Counted from the first letter of the stretch, positions 26,466-35,098 are shown. The stretch is 64,000 nucleotides of DNA from Microgenomates group bacterium (GCA_049304055.1 JBAQNT010000007.1:55370-119369), one strand, 5' to 3'. Program-made: numbers and translations. The notes: generated by a model not told the origin, from the letters alone.

Positions 26466-26490
26466 TTTAGAGTTTAGGATTCAGGGTTTA
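26466..26490. repeat. Right array of TTTAG-type heptad repeats; right arm of the inverted repeat
   Basis: Reads aatttag/agtttag/gattcag/ggttta. There are 76 nt of AT-rich spacer between the arms. Confidence 0.7.
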
Positions 26491-26528
26491 ATCTTAGTAG
26501 CATCTTATACTACTTATAGTAATTACTA

Positions 26529-26556
26529 TTGCAATAGTGAACTTATTTGATATACT
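26529..26556 (+). promoter_or_regulatory. Candidate promoter TTGCAA-16-TATACT for the TrmB-led operon
   Basis: TTGCAA at 26529-26534 and TATACT at 26551-26556, about 30 nt upstream of the ATG at 26587. Confidence 0.35.
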
Positions 26557-26586
26557 TATATTGGTAGCATTTCAAACAACTAACAT

Positions 26587-27369
26587 ATGAATACATTACT
26601 TGAGACTGTTGGATTGACCCAAAATGAAAGCGCAATTTATCTTTCTCTCCTCAAACATAAGGAAAAGACAGCAGCTGAGATCGCACGGACCCTTCATATG
26701 GATAAATCTTCCTGCTATCGAGCTGTTGATTCGCTCATCGAGAAGGGATTACTCATCGCAAATCCAAGGAAAAGAGGGACAACTCACTCGGCAGTATCAC
26801 CGGACGTGCTAAAAGAGTTACATGAACAGAAGATTCGGGAGTTGGAAAATAAACGGTCTGAGTTGGATACGTTCATTGTTCATTTGCTGAAGCAGGAAGA
26901 ATCCAAACGCAGCACCTTCATCAAGGTCGAGACTGGGATTGAAGCGATACGAAACGGGATGGAACAAAACCTTGATGCTGCTGTCCATGCTCCAAATAAG
27001 ATGATTAAGGAGTTCTATCGTCTGTCATTCCCCTATTTTAAAGATAGAGAGCACGCAAAATGGGTCAATGAGTTCGCAAAACGCCGCATTGCAGCTGGGG
27101 TTGCCATCCGCCAAATTGTTGACTTTGCGGACCTTGATGTATTTGCACCCATTATGAAAACGGATAAGAAATTGCTGAAGGAAATCCATCTCATGCCGAA
27201 AGAAATGAAAGGACTATACGGCGTACGCATATCAGGCGATATCACTCACATCATCAGTTTCGATACTGATCAAAATTATATTGACATAACTATAAAAGAC
27301 ACGTACGTTACATTACTTATGAATTCGCTCTTCGATTTCATGTGGGAGCACAGTAAAAAATACATATGA
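26587..27369 (+). CDS. TrmB-family transcriptional regulator
   Basis: N-terminal winged helix LTQNESAIYLSLLKHKEKTAAEIARTLHMDKSSCYRAVDSLIEKGLL plus a C-terminal effector-type domain. Confidence 0.7.
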   Translation: MNTLLETVGLTQNESAIYLSLLKHKEKTAAEIARTLHMDKSSCYRAVDSLIEKGLLIANPRKRGTTHSAVSPDVLKELHEQKIRELENKRSELDTFIVHLLKQEESKRSTFIKVETGIEAIRNGMEQNLDAAVHAPNKMIKEFYRLSFPYFKDREHAKWVNEFAKRRIAAGVAIRQIVDFADLDVFAPIMKTDKKLLKEIHLMPKEMKGLYGVRISGDITHIISFDTDQNYIDITIKDTYVTLLMNSLFDFMWEHSKKYI

Positions 27370-28223
27370 ACTGGATTGCTGCAAGTATGCTCATGTTCAT
27401 CTCTTCAATCGTATATTATCTCACCATTCGTTTGGGACAAAAAAGAGGGGTAACGGTAAAGGAATACATGGCCATAAACTACCCGCTTCCTGCTCTTGTC
27501 TTTTTTTTGATGATCCTATGGCGAGGTAGTTCTTTTGCCGTGTCATTTACCGTCATTCCGCTCATCCTGTTCCATGGAATAATACTCGAATATATCGGAG
27601 GAACCCTTTCATATAAAGCTATTCATGCTGCTCCAAATGCAGGATACAGTCTTGTCATCCAAAAAAGTTATGCTATTTTTACGAGCATTGCGGCTATTTT
27701 TCTTTTTAATGCTCCCCTGCCCGTATGGAAGTTTGGGACAATTGTCATGATTATCGTGTTTGCCGGTATATTATCCATTGACCCAAAAGGCACACACAAG
27801 ACAAAATCTCATTGGTTCGTACTTTCACTTATTCCCTTCCTCTTTTTCGGATCAAATTCACTGGTAAGTAAGTATGCCGTTTCGATTGCGGGAACAGAAC
27901 TTATTGTATATTTGTTTTGGTTATTTCTTCTGATGAGCATAATCACCACAATCGACATCCTTCGCGGAAAACATGCTCTCACATTCACTAAATCCCACTG
28001 GAAAACACTTGCGCTTATTGGAGTAAGCGGGACCTCCTTTTATTACTTCAAAAATGTTGCACAAATTGCGGCTCCTAATGTCGGCTATGTGGGAGCTATA
28101 AATACCGCTTCAAATGCTTTTGTCGCATTACTTGTGGCCTTTCTTTATAAGGAACATATGTCCTGGATCAAGTTTATCGCTGTAGTCGGTGTCGTTGTTG
28201 GAATTATTTTTATCATCTTATAA
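27366..28223 (+). CDS. EamA/DMT-family transporter
   Basis: About 10 hydrophobic segments in two halves. Overlaps the regulator gene by 4 bp. Confidence 0.6.
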   Translation: MNWIAASMLMFISSIVYYLTIRLGQKRGVTVKEYMAINYPLPALVFFLMILWRGSSFAVSFTVIPLILFHGIILEYIGGTLSYKAIHAAPNAGYSLVIQKSYAIFTSIAAIFLFNAPLPVWKFGTIVMIIVFAGILSIDPKGTHKTKSHWFVLSLIPFLFFGSNSLVSKYAVSIAGTELIVYLFWLFLLMSIITTIDILRGKHALTFTKSHWKTLALIGVSGTSFYYFKNVAQIAAPNVGYVGAINTASNAFVALLVAFLYKEHMSWIKFIAVVGVVVGIIFIIL

Positions 28224-28231
28224 CCCATCAT

Positions 28232-29914
28232 ATGATTAAAGCTCTTGTTTTTGATTTTGGAAATGTCATCGTGACAAATGACTGGAACTATACGTGTCTA
28301 GAAAAAGACCGGGAGTTTACCTCCTATTTTGGCGTGACGATGCAAGATTTCAAAAAAGGATGGGATGTGGCATGGCCACTCATACGAGTTGGAGATGTAT
28401 CAGAGGATGAATTTTGGAGATTGTTCTTGAAAGAATCAGGCGTGCAGAATATCGACATACCCCATGCTAAAATGCTCTGGAGAAAATATCAAAGTACTCT
28501 TCCTGGGATGATCGACCTTATTATCCGTCTTCGCAATCGATATGTGCTTGTAGGTTGTACTGACAACGGAAAAGAGTGGGTTGAATATTATAAACAGACG
28601 TACTATTTAGATAGTTATTTTGATGCGATTGTATGCTCAGCTGAGGTCAAAGATCACAAACCAAACCCAAAGATATATGAGGTGGCCATTCATAAAACAG
28701 GCGTCAATCCGGATGAAATTTTATTCATTGATGATTCAAACAAACCACTTGAAGGAGCGAAAAAGGCAGGAATGCAGACTCTTCGATTTGTAAATGCTAT
28801 TCAACTGGAACAGGACCTGAAAAAATATAATATTAATACGGACGTACTAGATGTATCATCACGAGCGCATTCCTTTTACTGGCAGACTGATAGACAGATA
28901 TCCGAGCTACAAGTTAAACACATTTTCCAGGACAGACACTCCTTCTTCAACGAAAAAAGTGCACGGAGCGCAATTGAACAGAGTATGGGAAAGAAAGTTG
29001 CCAGCATCATCCCTCCCATCAAATCGGGAAGCATTAATAGTGTCGTCAAAGCGACACTTGACGATGGGACCGATATCATCATGCGTATGCATCCAAATGG
29101 CCTTAAAAATGGATATTTCTGGGCAGAAAAGGCAGTGGCAGATGCCGCCCGCCAAATAGGTGTTCCCACCTACTGCACTTATGCTATCGGAGACACAAAA
29201 GAGCATGTGCCGTTTGATTACATGATTATTTCCTGTGAACCGGGAAAAAATATCCACAACAGTGGCCCGTATGAAAAAAGTGTCGAAAAAGCTCTTGTTC
29301 AGGATACAGGTAAGCTTCTTGCACTCACTCATTCCGTTCATACCATAAACTATGGTTTTTTTGATAACGCTATCGCAAAGAAAAGCGGAAACCTCATGGG
29401 GATCCACGAACAATGGAAAGATCATATCTATTCTTCGCTTGAGGCAAATCTCGCATATTTATTAGATAAAAAATCTATATCACATAACGAACGTGAAATA
29501 ATAAATAAAATATTTACTGATCACGACAACATTATTTCCTGTGCTTCACCTCGCCTTATTCACAATGATATGGCAGATTGGAATGCACTCACCGATGGAA
29601 CGAAGATAACAGCATTCATCGATTGGGATGAAAGTTTCTCAGGTGACCCAGTATGCGATTTTTCTGCTTATTCTGTCTTTTATGATGACAATAGGCTTGC
29701 CAATCTCATTACCGGATATGAAACCATTACCAAACTCCCAATAGATTTTGAGGCTAAATTTCACCTATATCGCTTACGATATATCATTTCGAAATTGACA
29801 CTCAGGACAAAGCGTTCGATATATGATCAAACCGATTTCTTAAGACAAAATCTTGTATTCGCTCAACAGTTACTAAAAAAAGAGTTCAATTGGTATGGAT
29901 ACAAACAAATATAA
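28232..29914 (+). CDS. Fusion protein: HAD-superfamily hydrolase (N-terminal) plus aminoglycoside/choline-kinase-like phosphotransferase (C-terminal)
   Basis: LVFDFGNVIV and FIDDS are HAD motifs. LIHNDMADWN...FIDWDESFSGDPVCDFS corresponds to the HxDxxxxN catalytic loop and DxD of APH-type kinases. Confidence 0.7.
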   Translation: MIKALVFDFGNVIVTNDWNYTCLEKDREFTSYFGVTMQDFKKGWDVAWPLIRVGDVSEDEFWRLFLKESGVQNIDIPHAKMLWRKYQSTLPGMIDLIIRLRNRYVLVGCTDNGKEWVEYYKQTYYLDSYFDAIVCSAEVKDHKPNPKIYEVAIHKTGVNPDEILFIDDSNKPLEGAKKAGMQTLRFVNAIQLEQDLKKYNINTDVLDVSSRAHSFYWQTDRQISELQVKHIFQDRHSFFNEKSARSAIEQSMGKKVASIIPPIKSGSINSVVKATLDDGTDIIMRMHPNGLKNGYFWAEKAVADAARQIGVPTYCTYAIGDTKEHVPFDYMIISCEPGKNIHNSGPYEKSVEKALVQDTGKLLALTHSVHTINYGFFDNAIAKKSGNLMGIHEQWKDHIYSSLEANLAYLLDKKSISHNEREIINKIFTDHDNIISCASPRLIHNDMADWNALTDGTKITAFIDWDESFSGDPVCDFSAYSVFYDDNRLANLITGYETITKLPIDFEAKFHLYRLRYIISKLTLRTKRSIYDQTDFLRQNLVFAQQLLKKEFNWYGYKQI

Positions 29915-30917
29915 TCGTGTTGGACTAGGAACATTCCCTCTTTCTGGAGTATATAATCCTATTTCCCATCAACAAGCGCTGTCGTTGGTTGAATGTTTTT
30001 TAGAGCAGGGAGGGTATTACATTGATACCGCGCCTATGTATGGATGTACACAAGTTGAATCTCTTCTTGGTGCCATTCTTCCCAAAAAAAGAAGGGATAC
30101 TTTTTACCTCGTGTCAAAGTGTGGAAAGGAAATGTATCCATCGCAGCATACATGGGAAGCAAAAGCAAAATATGCGGACGTTATAAAACAGTGCGATGAT
30201 TCACTCAAGAGGCTAAAATTGGATTATATAGACCTCTATCTTATTCATTCACCTGATAAAGAAACCCCATTCGAAGAAACACTGCGCGCGATGAGCGACC
30301 TCAAAAAGAGCGGGAAAATACGAGAAATAGGTGTATCAAATGTGACGCTTGACGAACTGAAACAGTATCGCGCCTACGCAGATATTCACTATGTACAAAA
30401 CCGTTTTAGCTTTATAAACAGAAGCATCTCACCGGAATACTCAACTTATCTCAAACAAAACAATATCTTCCTTATCCCATATGAAGTACTTGAGCTTGGG
30501 CTTCTTACCGGATCGGTAGTCGAAGAAGATCAATTGGGCCAACACGATGTGCGTGGGACAACGGGTTTTTTTCAAGGGGACCCCCTTGCTGAAACCCGGA
30601 ATTTAGTAAAAGACGCAGTATTCCCGCTTGCCCGTGAATATGGCTTTACGGTAGCTCAGACAATGATTGCTTGGACTCTTTTGCAGCCTCAAGTATTTTT
30701 TCCGATTGTGGGAACGACAAAACCTGATTATGTTGAAATTAATCTGAAGGCAGAAAGTATTGAGTTGAGTAGTGATATGCTCCAAAAATTGGATTCAGCC
30801 TATCAAGCACTAGTTGAAGTTGTCAAAACAAAGTTTCATACCACAATAAAAGACTTTAGAGGACTCAATAATAGATATTATTCAGACTTCGATTTTAAAA
30901 AGTATAATATTTTTTAA
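29895..30917 (+). CDS. Aldo/keto reductase
   Basis: GLGTFPLSG, IDTAPMYG, LDYIDLYLIHSPD and IGVSN motifs. Confidence 0.85.
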   Translation: MDTNKYNRVGLGTFPLSGVYNPISHQQALSLVECFLEQGGYYIDTAPMYGCTQVESLLGAILPKKRRDTFYLVSKCGKEMYPSQHTWEAKAKYADVIKQCDDSLKRLKLDYIDLYLIHSPDKETPFEETLRAMSDLKKSGKIREIGVSNVTLDELKQYRAYADIHYVQNRFSFINRSISPEYSTYLKQNNIFLIPYEVLELGLLTGSVVEEDQLGQHDVRGTTGFFQGDPLAETRNLVKDAVFPLAREYGFTVAQTMIAWTLLQPQVFFPIVGTTKPDYVEINLKAESIELSSDMLQKLDSAYQALVEVVKTKFHTTIKDFRGLNNRYYSDFDFKKYNIF

Positions 30918-30981
30918 AGTGGCTTTTTTATTACTGTTTACATAATTAATAACCATACTCATTTGTTACAATAAATCCCCT

Positions 30982-31575
30982 ATGACCCTTGAACAGTATT
31001 TAGCCCAACACCCAAAAAAATACCTCATTTTTGACCTTGATGATACGCTTGCTCATCTCAACATAAACTGGAATACCATACGTCAGGGAGTTTTTGATAT
31101 TGTCGCACAACAGGATGAACAGCTTGTCGCAGATACTGTAAATGAGCGCTTTGCGACAATCTATCTTGCAAATCGAGCGGTTACAAAACATGGGGAAAAA
31201 ATGAAGGACGAAATCACGAAGTTCTGGACAGCATATGAAAAAAATAATTACTCAGGATATATACCAAATAGTGGACTGATCACAACACTCAAATCACTAG
31301 ACCTCCGTTACAAAAAATATATCTGGACCACAAATACTGAGTTTCCTATTAATGACTTCATACAGAAGGAAGGATTAGGCAGTCAATTTAAAAAGATTGT
31401 TTCCCATAAGACATCGTTATACCTCAAGCCTGAGGCCGATGGATTTAAAGACATATATGTCCCTGGTACACCGCTTTCTGATTATCTTATGATTGGAGAC
31501 AGTATCAATGATATGGGAGCAGCAAAAAATGCGGGTATTGATTTCTTTGAAATCGACTATTTTACGCGTCAATAA
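30982..31575 (+). CDS. HAD-superfamily hydrolase
   Basis: LIFDLDDTLA (motif I) and IGDSINDMGAAKNAGI (motif IV). TGtTACAAT extended -10 at 30964-30972, 9 nt before the ATG. Confidence 0.75.
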   Translation: MTLEQYLAQHPKKYLIFDLDDTLAHLNINWNTIRQGVFDIVAQQDEQLVADTVNERFATIYLANRAVTKHGEKMKDEITKFWTAYEKNNYSGYIPNSGLITTLKSLDLRYKKYIWTTNTEFPINDFIQKEGLGSQFKKIVSHKTSLYLKPEADGFKDIYVPGTPLSDYLMIGDSINDMGAAKNAGIDFFEIDYFTRQ

Positions 31576-31591
31576 AGCCCGTCCGTTGGCA

Positions 31592-31620
31592 TTGACATTG
31601 GATATTGGGAGGGTTACAAT
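31592..31620 (+). promoter_or_regulatory. Sigma70-type promoter TTGACA-17-TACAAT, 11 nt before the ATG at 31632
   Basis: TTGACA at 31592-31597 and TACAAT at 31615-31620. Confidence 0.6.
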
Positions 31621-31631
31621 TGGCAATACCT

Positions 31632-32306
31632 ATGAAGAGACTCTTCGAACTCATAAATAGAAATTTCGAAAACACCTTTCTCCTCCACTCTGGTCAGTAT
31701 AAACACAACACCCTTCCCATCATAACCATATCCAGAGAAAGAGGTTCAGGTGGTCGGCCTATCTCATATCTGGTCGCAAAAAAACTAGGTAACCCATGGC
31801 AGGTATATCATAAGGATATTGTGGACGAGATTGCGAATGAAACCTCCCTTGATCCTGAGCTCATCAAACAGTTGGATGAATCGAAGGGTTCCGTGATTCA
31901 AGAGCTTCTCAACACCATATTCGGGAAAAAAATGCTAACGATGAATGCCTACTACAAGCATCTCCTGCACATACTGGCATCGATCGGCTCAAAGGGGTAT
32001 GCTATTATCATAGGACGTGGCGCCAATTTCCTTTTTCCGAATGCGCTCAAAGTGCGTATCGTGTCGGATATGCAGTTTCGTGAGCAGTCGATGATCAAAT
32101 ATGAGCATATCTCCCTTAAAGAAGCGCGTAAACAGATAGCTGATTCGGACAAAGAAAGAAATGAGTTTAGCATATCCCTGTTCCAACATGATCAACGCAA
32201 GGCCCATCATTATGATGTCGTCATTCGCACAAGCGGACATATTAATGTTGAGGAAGCTGCAGACGTCATCGTCTATCTCGCAAAAAAGAAGTTTAACCTC
32301 AAATAA
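31632..32306 (+). CDS. Cytidylate-kinase-like family protein
   Basis: ITISRERGSGGRPISYLVAKKLG P-loop-like N-terminus, typical of the cytidylate kinase-like 2 family. The track start at 31605 is a TTG lying inside the promoter. Confidence 0.6.
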   Translation: MKRLFELINRNFENTFLLHSGQYKHNTLPIITISRERGSGGRPISYLVAKKLGNPWQVYHKDIVDEIANETSLDPELIKQLDESKGSVIQELLNTIFGKKMLTMNAYYKHLLHILASIGSKGYAIIIGRGANFLFPNALKVRIVSDMQFREQSMIKYEHISLKEARKQIADSDKERNEFSISLFQHDQRKAHHYDVVIRTSGHINVEEAADVIVYLAKKKFNLK

Positions 32307-32337
32307 AAAAAAGAGCGGGATAAACCGCTCTTTTTTT
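32305..32337. terminator. Bidirectional intrinsic terminator between convergent operons
   Basis: Stem gagcgg/ccgctc extended by A/T pairs, loop gataaa, with an A-run on the left and a T-run on the right. Confidence 0.75.
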
Positions 32338-32355
32338 GTTATTTTCTATAAGTGA

Positions 32356-33114
32356 TTAGGCCGCTTCTTCTATTTCGACTCCGACAGAAAGTCCCATCGA
32401 AGACGCTATAAAGACATTCTTGATTTGTGCTTTTCCAACTGCATCGATAAATGCTTGCGCATTTTCTGTCAGCTGTTTGGAATCATAGCTTAATTTACCG
32501 ATCATCTGGTGGATGATAGGGAATTTTGGCTCTGTCTTCCAACGTAACGTTCCTTTCATGAATTTCTTTGCGACCTCATCTGGGGTTGCGGAAACTGTAC
32601 CTGCTTTTGGATTTGGCATAAGTCCCTTTGGTCCCAATACCTTTGCAAATCGTGCCAACTTTGACATGAATGAAGGATGAGTGATGAGGACATCAAACTC
32701 GATCTTACCTTGTGCGAGCTGCTCAAGGACCGTGTCATTTACTATTGCGACTCTTACTGTTTTTCCTGTTGAATGAGGAAGTTCCACTTCACCACGAAGA
32801 CCTGTCTTCACCACATTCATATGAAGGTCGACAGATTCATCAAATGATGCATATTTTGCCTTTTTGAGAAGTTCTATTGCCTCGGCGAGTTTCATCATCT
32901 TCTTTTCTCCCATCTTCTTTTTTGCCTCAAGATATTTCTTTCCTCTTACTTTTTTTGATACATTCTTTTTTGGTGTTGCAGCCTCCACTTTTACCTCTTT
33001 TTCACTTTTCTTTGATTCTACGACGACATCATTTTCTGTCTGCTCAGTAGATTCTGCCTTATGTTGTTTGTCGATATCGGCGAGTCCCACTATTTGTTTG
33101 CGATTTTTTCCCAT
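32356..33114 (-). CDS. rplA: 50S ribosomal protein L1 with a ~55-aa Lys/Glu-rich N-terminal extension
   Basis: The L1 core runs from RGKKYLEAKKK...FDESVDLHMNV...GKTVRVAIV...LGPKGLMPNPKAGTV. It is preceded by MGKNRKQIVGLADIDKQHKAESTEQTENDVVVESKKSEKEVKVEAATPKK. Confidence 0.9.
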   Translation of the reverse strand: MGKNRKQIVGLADIDKQHKAESTEQTENDVVVESKKSEKEVKVEAATPKKNVSKKVRGKKYLEAKKKMGEKKMMKLAEAIELLKKAKYASFDESVDLHMNVVKTGLRGEVELPHSTGKTVRVAIVNDTVLEQLAQGKIEFDVLITHPSFMSKLARFAKVLGPKGLMPNPKAGTVSATPDEVAKKFMKGTLRWKTEPKFPIIHQMIGKLSYDSKQLTENAQAFIDAVGKAQIKNVFIASSMGLSVGVEIEEAA

Positions 33115-33139
33115 GGATTAAATTCTGTAAATATAATAA

Positions 33140-33565
33140 TTATAATTCTGAGTCAATACCCATGCTGCGCGCAGTACCAGCAACCACTTTTTTTGCGGCC
33201 GCCATATCGTTTGCGTTCATGTCAGGCATCTTGTCTTTTGCAATCTGCTCAAGTTGAGCGGATGTAAGCTTTCCGACCTTTTCAGTGTTTGGCTTTCCGG
33301 ATGCTACTGTCAATCCAAGAGTCTTTTTTATCATTGCTGAGACTGGAGGAAGTTTTGTGATGAAGGTAAATGATCTGTCTTCATACACAGTGATGACTGC
33401 TGGGATAACATTACCTTTTAATTTTGCCGTTCGTGCATTATATTCCTTAATAAAGTCCATGATTGGGACACCGTGCTGACCTAATGCTGGTCCGACTGGT
33501 GGCGCGGGTGTTGCTTCACCTGCAGCCAAATTAAGTTTGAGTTGTGTTTTTATTTTTTTTGCCAT
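33140..33565 (-). CDS. rplK: 50S ribosomal protein L11
   Basis: [35 protein letters not shown]. Confidence 0.95.
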   Translation of the reverse strand: MAKKIKTQLKLNLAAGEATPAPPVGPALGQHGVPIMDFIKEYNARTAKLKGNVIPAVITVYEDRSFTFITKLPPVSAMIKKTLGLTVASGKPNTEKVGKLTSAQLEQIAKDKMPDMNANDMAAAKKVVAGTARSMGIDSEL

Positions 33566-33579
33566 ATATGTCTACCAAA

Positions 33580-34170
33580 TTATAACTTTGCGACCTGTAG
33601 GAAGTCGAGTTCCACAGGAGTCTCACGATCGAAGATTGATACCAGAACACGAACCTTGCCCCGTTCGTCATCCACTGCTTCAATCGTTCCAAGGAAATCA
33701 GCAAATGGACCTTCCGTTATCTTAACTGCTTCTCCAACGCTAAACTTCGTCTTAAATTTCGGTTGCTCTTGCTGGACGAACTTCATGATAGCTTCAACCT
33801 CTTTATTTGAGATAGGGGTTGGCTTGAGTCCTGCTCCAACAAAACCGGTAACGCCTTCTGTCGTACGAACAACGAGCCATGAATCATCATTCAAGATCAT
33901 CTTTATCAAGATATATCCTGGAAATACTTTTTCTGTTGCTTTTGCTTTTTTTCCTTTTTTGATCACGACGATATCTCTCATCGGAACGACAATATCGAAG
34001 ATACTATCCTCAACTCCCAAGCTTTTTATGCGTTGAAGAAGTGCTTGTTTAACCTTGTTTTCATACCCAGTCTGGATGTGAATAACATACCACTTAGCAT
34101 CAGCTCCCATTGCAGTAGCTGTTTTTAGTGCTTCTTTTTGTTCCTGTTGGACTGTTGTGTCCATATCCAT
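33580..34170 (-). CDS. nusG: Transcription termination/antitermination factor NusG
   Basis: NGN domain KWYVIHIQTGYENKV plus KOW motif FSVGEAVKITEGPFADFLGTIEAV. Confidence 0.9.
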   Translation of the reverse strand: MDMDTTVQQEQKEALKTATAMGADAKWYVIHIQTGYENKVKQALLQRIKSLGVEDSIFDIVVPMRDIVVIKKGKKAKATEKVFPGYILIKMILNDDSWLVVRTTEGVTGFVGAGLKPTPISNKEVEAIMKFVQQEQPKFKTKFSVGEAVKITEGPFADFLGTIEAVDDERGKVRVLVSIFDRETPVELDFLQVAKL

Positions 34171-34203
34171 TCAAAAAATAAATAAATAAAACTATATGAG
34201 AAA

Positions 34204-34401
34204 TTATCGTGATTTTGCTAAGACTTCAAGACCTTTCGTCAATAGAACATCAATTATACCCACATACACCCCAATAATCAAGGATATGCCTATGACTATT
34301 ATGGTGAGCCTTGTTGTTTGTTCCCGAGTTGGCCAAGTGACCTTCTTGAGTTCTTCAACAATTCCATTTGCAAATTGCGTTTTAAGCACAGGTTTTGCCA
34401 T
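34204..34401 (-). CDS. secE: Preprotein translocase subunit SecE
   Basis: 65 aa with ELKKVTWPTREQT followed by a single TM. Canonical position upstream of nusG. Confidence 0.85.
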   Translation of the reverse strand: MAKPVLKTQFANGIVEELKKVTWPTREQTTRLTIIVIGISLIIGVYVGIIDVLLTKGLEVLAKSR

Positions 34402-34409
34402 ATGTGCTT

Positions 34410-34418
34410 ATTGTAGCA
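34410..34418 (-). promoter_or_regulatory. Extended -10 promoter (TGcTACAAT) 8 nt before the secE ATG
   Basis: The reverse complement of 34410-34418 is TGCTACAAT. Confidence 0.5.
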
Positions 34419-34430
34419 TACATTTTCCAT

Positions 34431-34436
34431 TATAAT
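34431..34436 (+). promoter_or_regulatory. -10 element TATAAT 8 nt before the ATG at 34445
   Basis: TATAAT at 34431-34436. The track start at 34439 is a TTG between the -10 element and the ATG. Confidence 0.4.
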
Positions 34437-34444
34437 GATTGAAT

Positions 34445-35098
34445 ATGACTGCAGAATTGGTTCATTCATTCATTCTAATAGTATGTATAGTCGTTTCCTT
34501 TATTTTTCCCCAGACAACTCTGGCTGCATATAATATTGAGCTTGCTGCATTGCTCTTAGTTATATTCTTCATAGCGCGAAGGTTTTCCTTTTTTTCACGA
34601 AGGACCCGCCTATTTGAATCGGTCATATTCACGCTTATCGTGCTTGGCACAGTCAATACCACAGGAGGCCTTCAATCTCCCTTCTTTTTCCTGGTCGATT
34701 TCCTTCTTTTTGCACTAGCACTCCTTCTGGAGCCCATTATCCCTATCATCGTGACGTTGGTTTTGATGTTGTTCTTCCTTGTTGGTGCCGAACAGACATC
34801 ATTCAATCAGCTTCTTCCCATTTTCTCTCTCGCACTCATGACGCCGTTTGCCATGATATTAGGGAACGAATATGAGGAAACAAAACAACTTAAAAAGACC
34901 ATCAGCTCCCAAACAGAAAATACGTTCCTGTTCATGTCCCTCATGCTCAAAAACCACCTCAAGGAGATGTCAACCCTCATCGATAACTTCAGAGGTGAAC
35001 ATGAGCTCAATTCACTGAGACGCCATATAACCAACGTTGAACGGCTTATAGACATGTTTGAAAAGCAAGAGCCAGGCGTGGATGGAGAAAAGAAATAA
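34445..35098 (+). CDS. Polytopic membrane protein with a C-terminal cytoplasmic helix (sensor-kinase-like N-terminal module, no ATPase domain)
   Basis: About 6 TM segments, a TGGLQSPFFFL motif, then a helical tail LKNHLKEMSTLIDNFRGEHELNSLRRHITNVERLIDMF. Confidence 0.5.
   Translation: MTAELVHSFILIVCIVVSFIFPQTTLAAYNIELAALLLVIFFIARRFSFFSRRTRLFESVIFTLIVLGTVNTTGGLQSPFFFLVDFLLFALALLLEPIIPIIVTLVLMLFFLVGAEQTSFNQLLPIFSLALMTPFAMILGNEYEETKQLKKTISSQTENTFLFMSLMLKNHLKEMSTLIDNFRGEHELNSLRRHITNVERLIDMFEKQEPGVDGEKK

Noticed and set aside
26374-26490. CCCTAAA/TTTAGGG-like heptads, considered as telomeric repeats or a replicon end.
   Set aside because: There are only about three imperfect units per arm, arranged as an inverted pair inside a divergent promoter region of an otherwise ordinary gene neighbourhood. 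A regulatory-site interpretation is more parsimonious.
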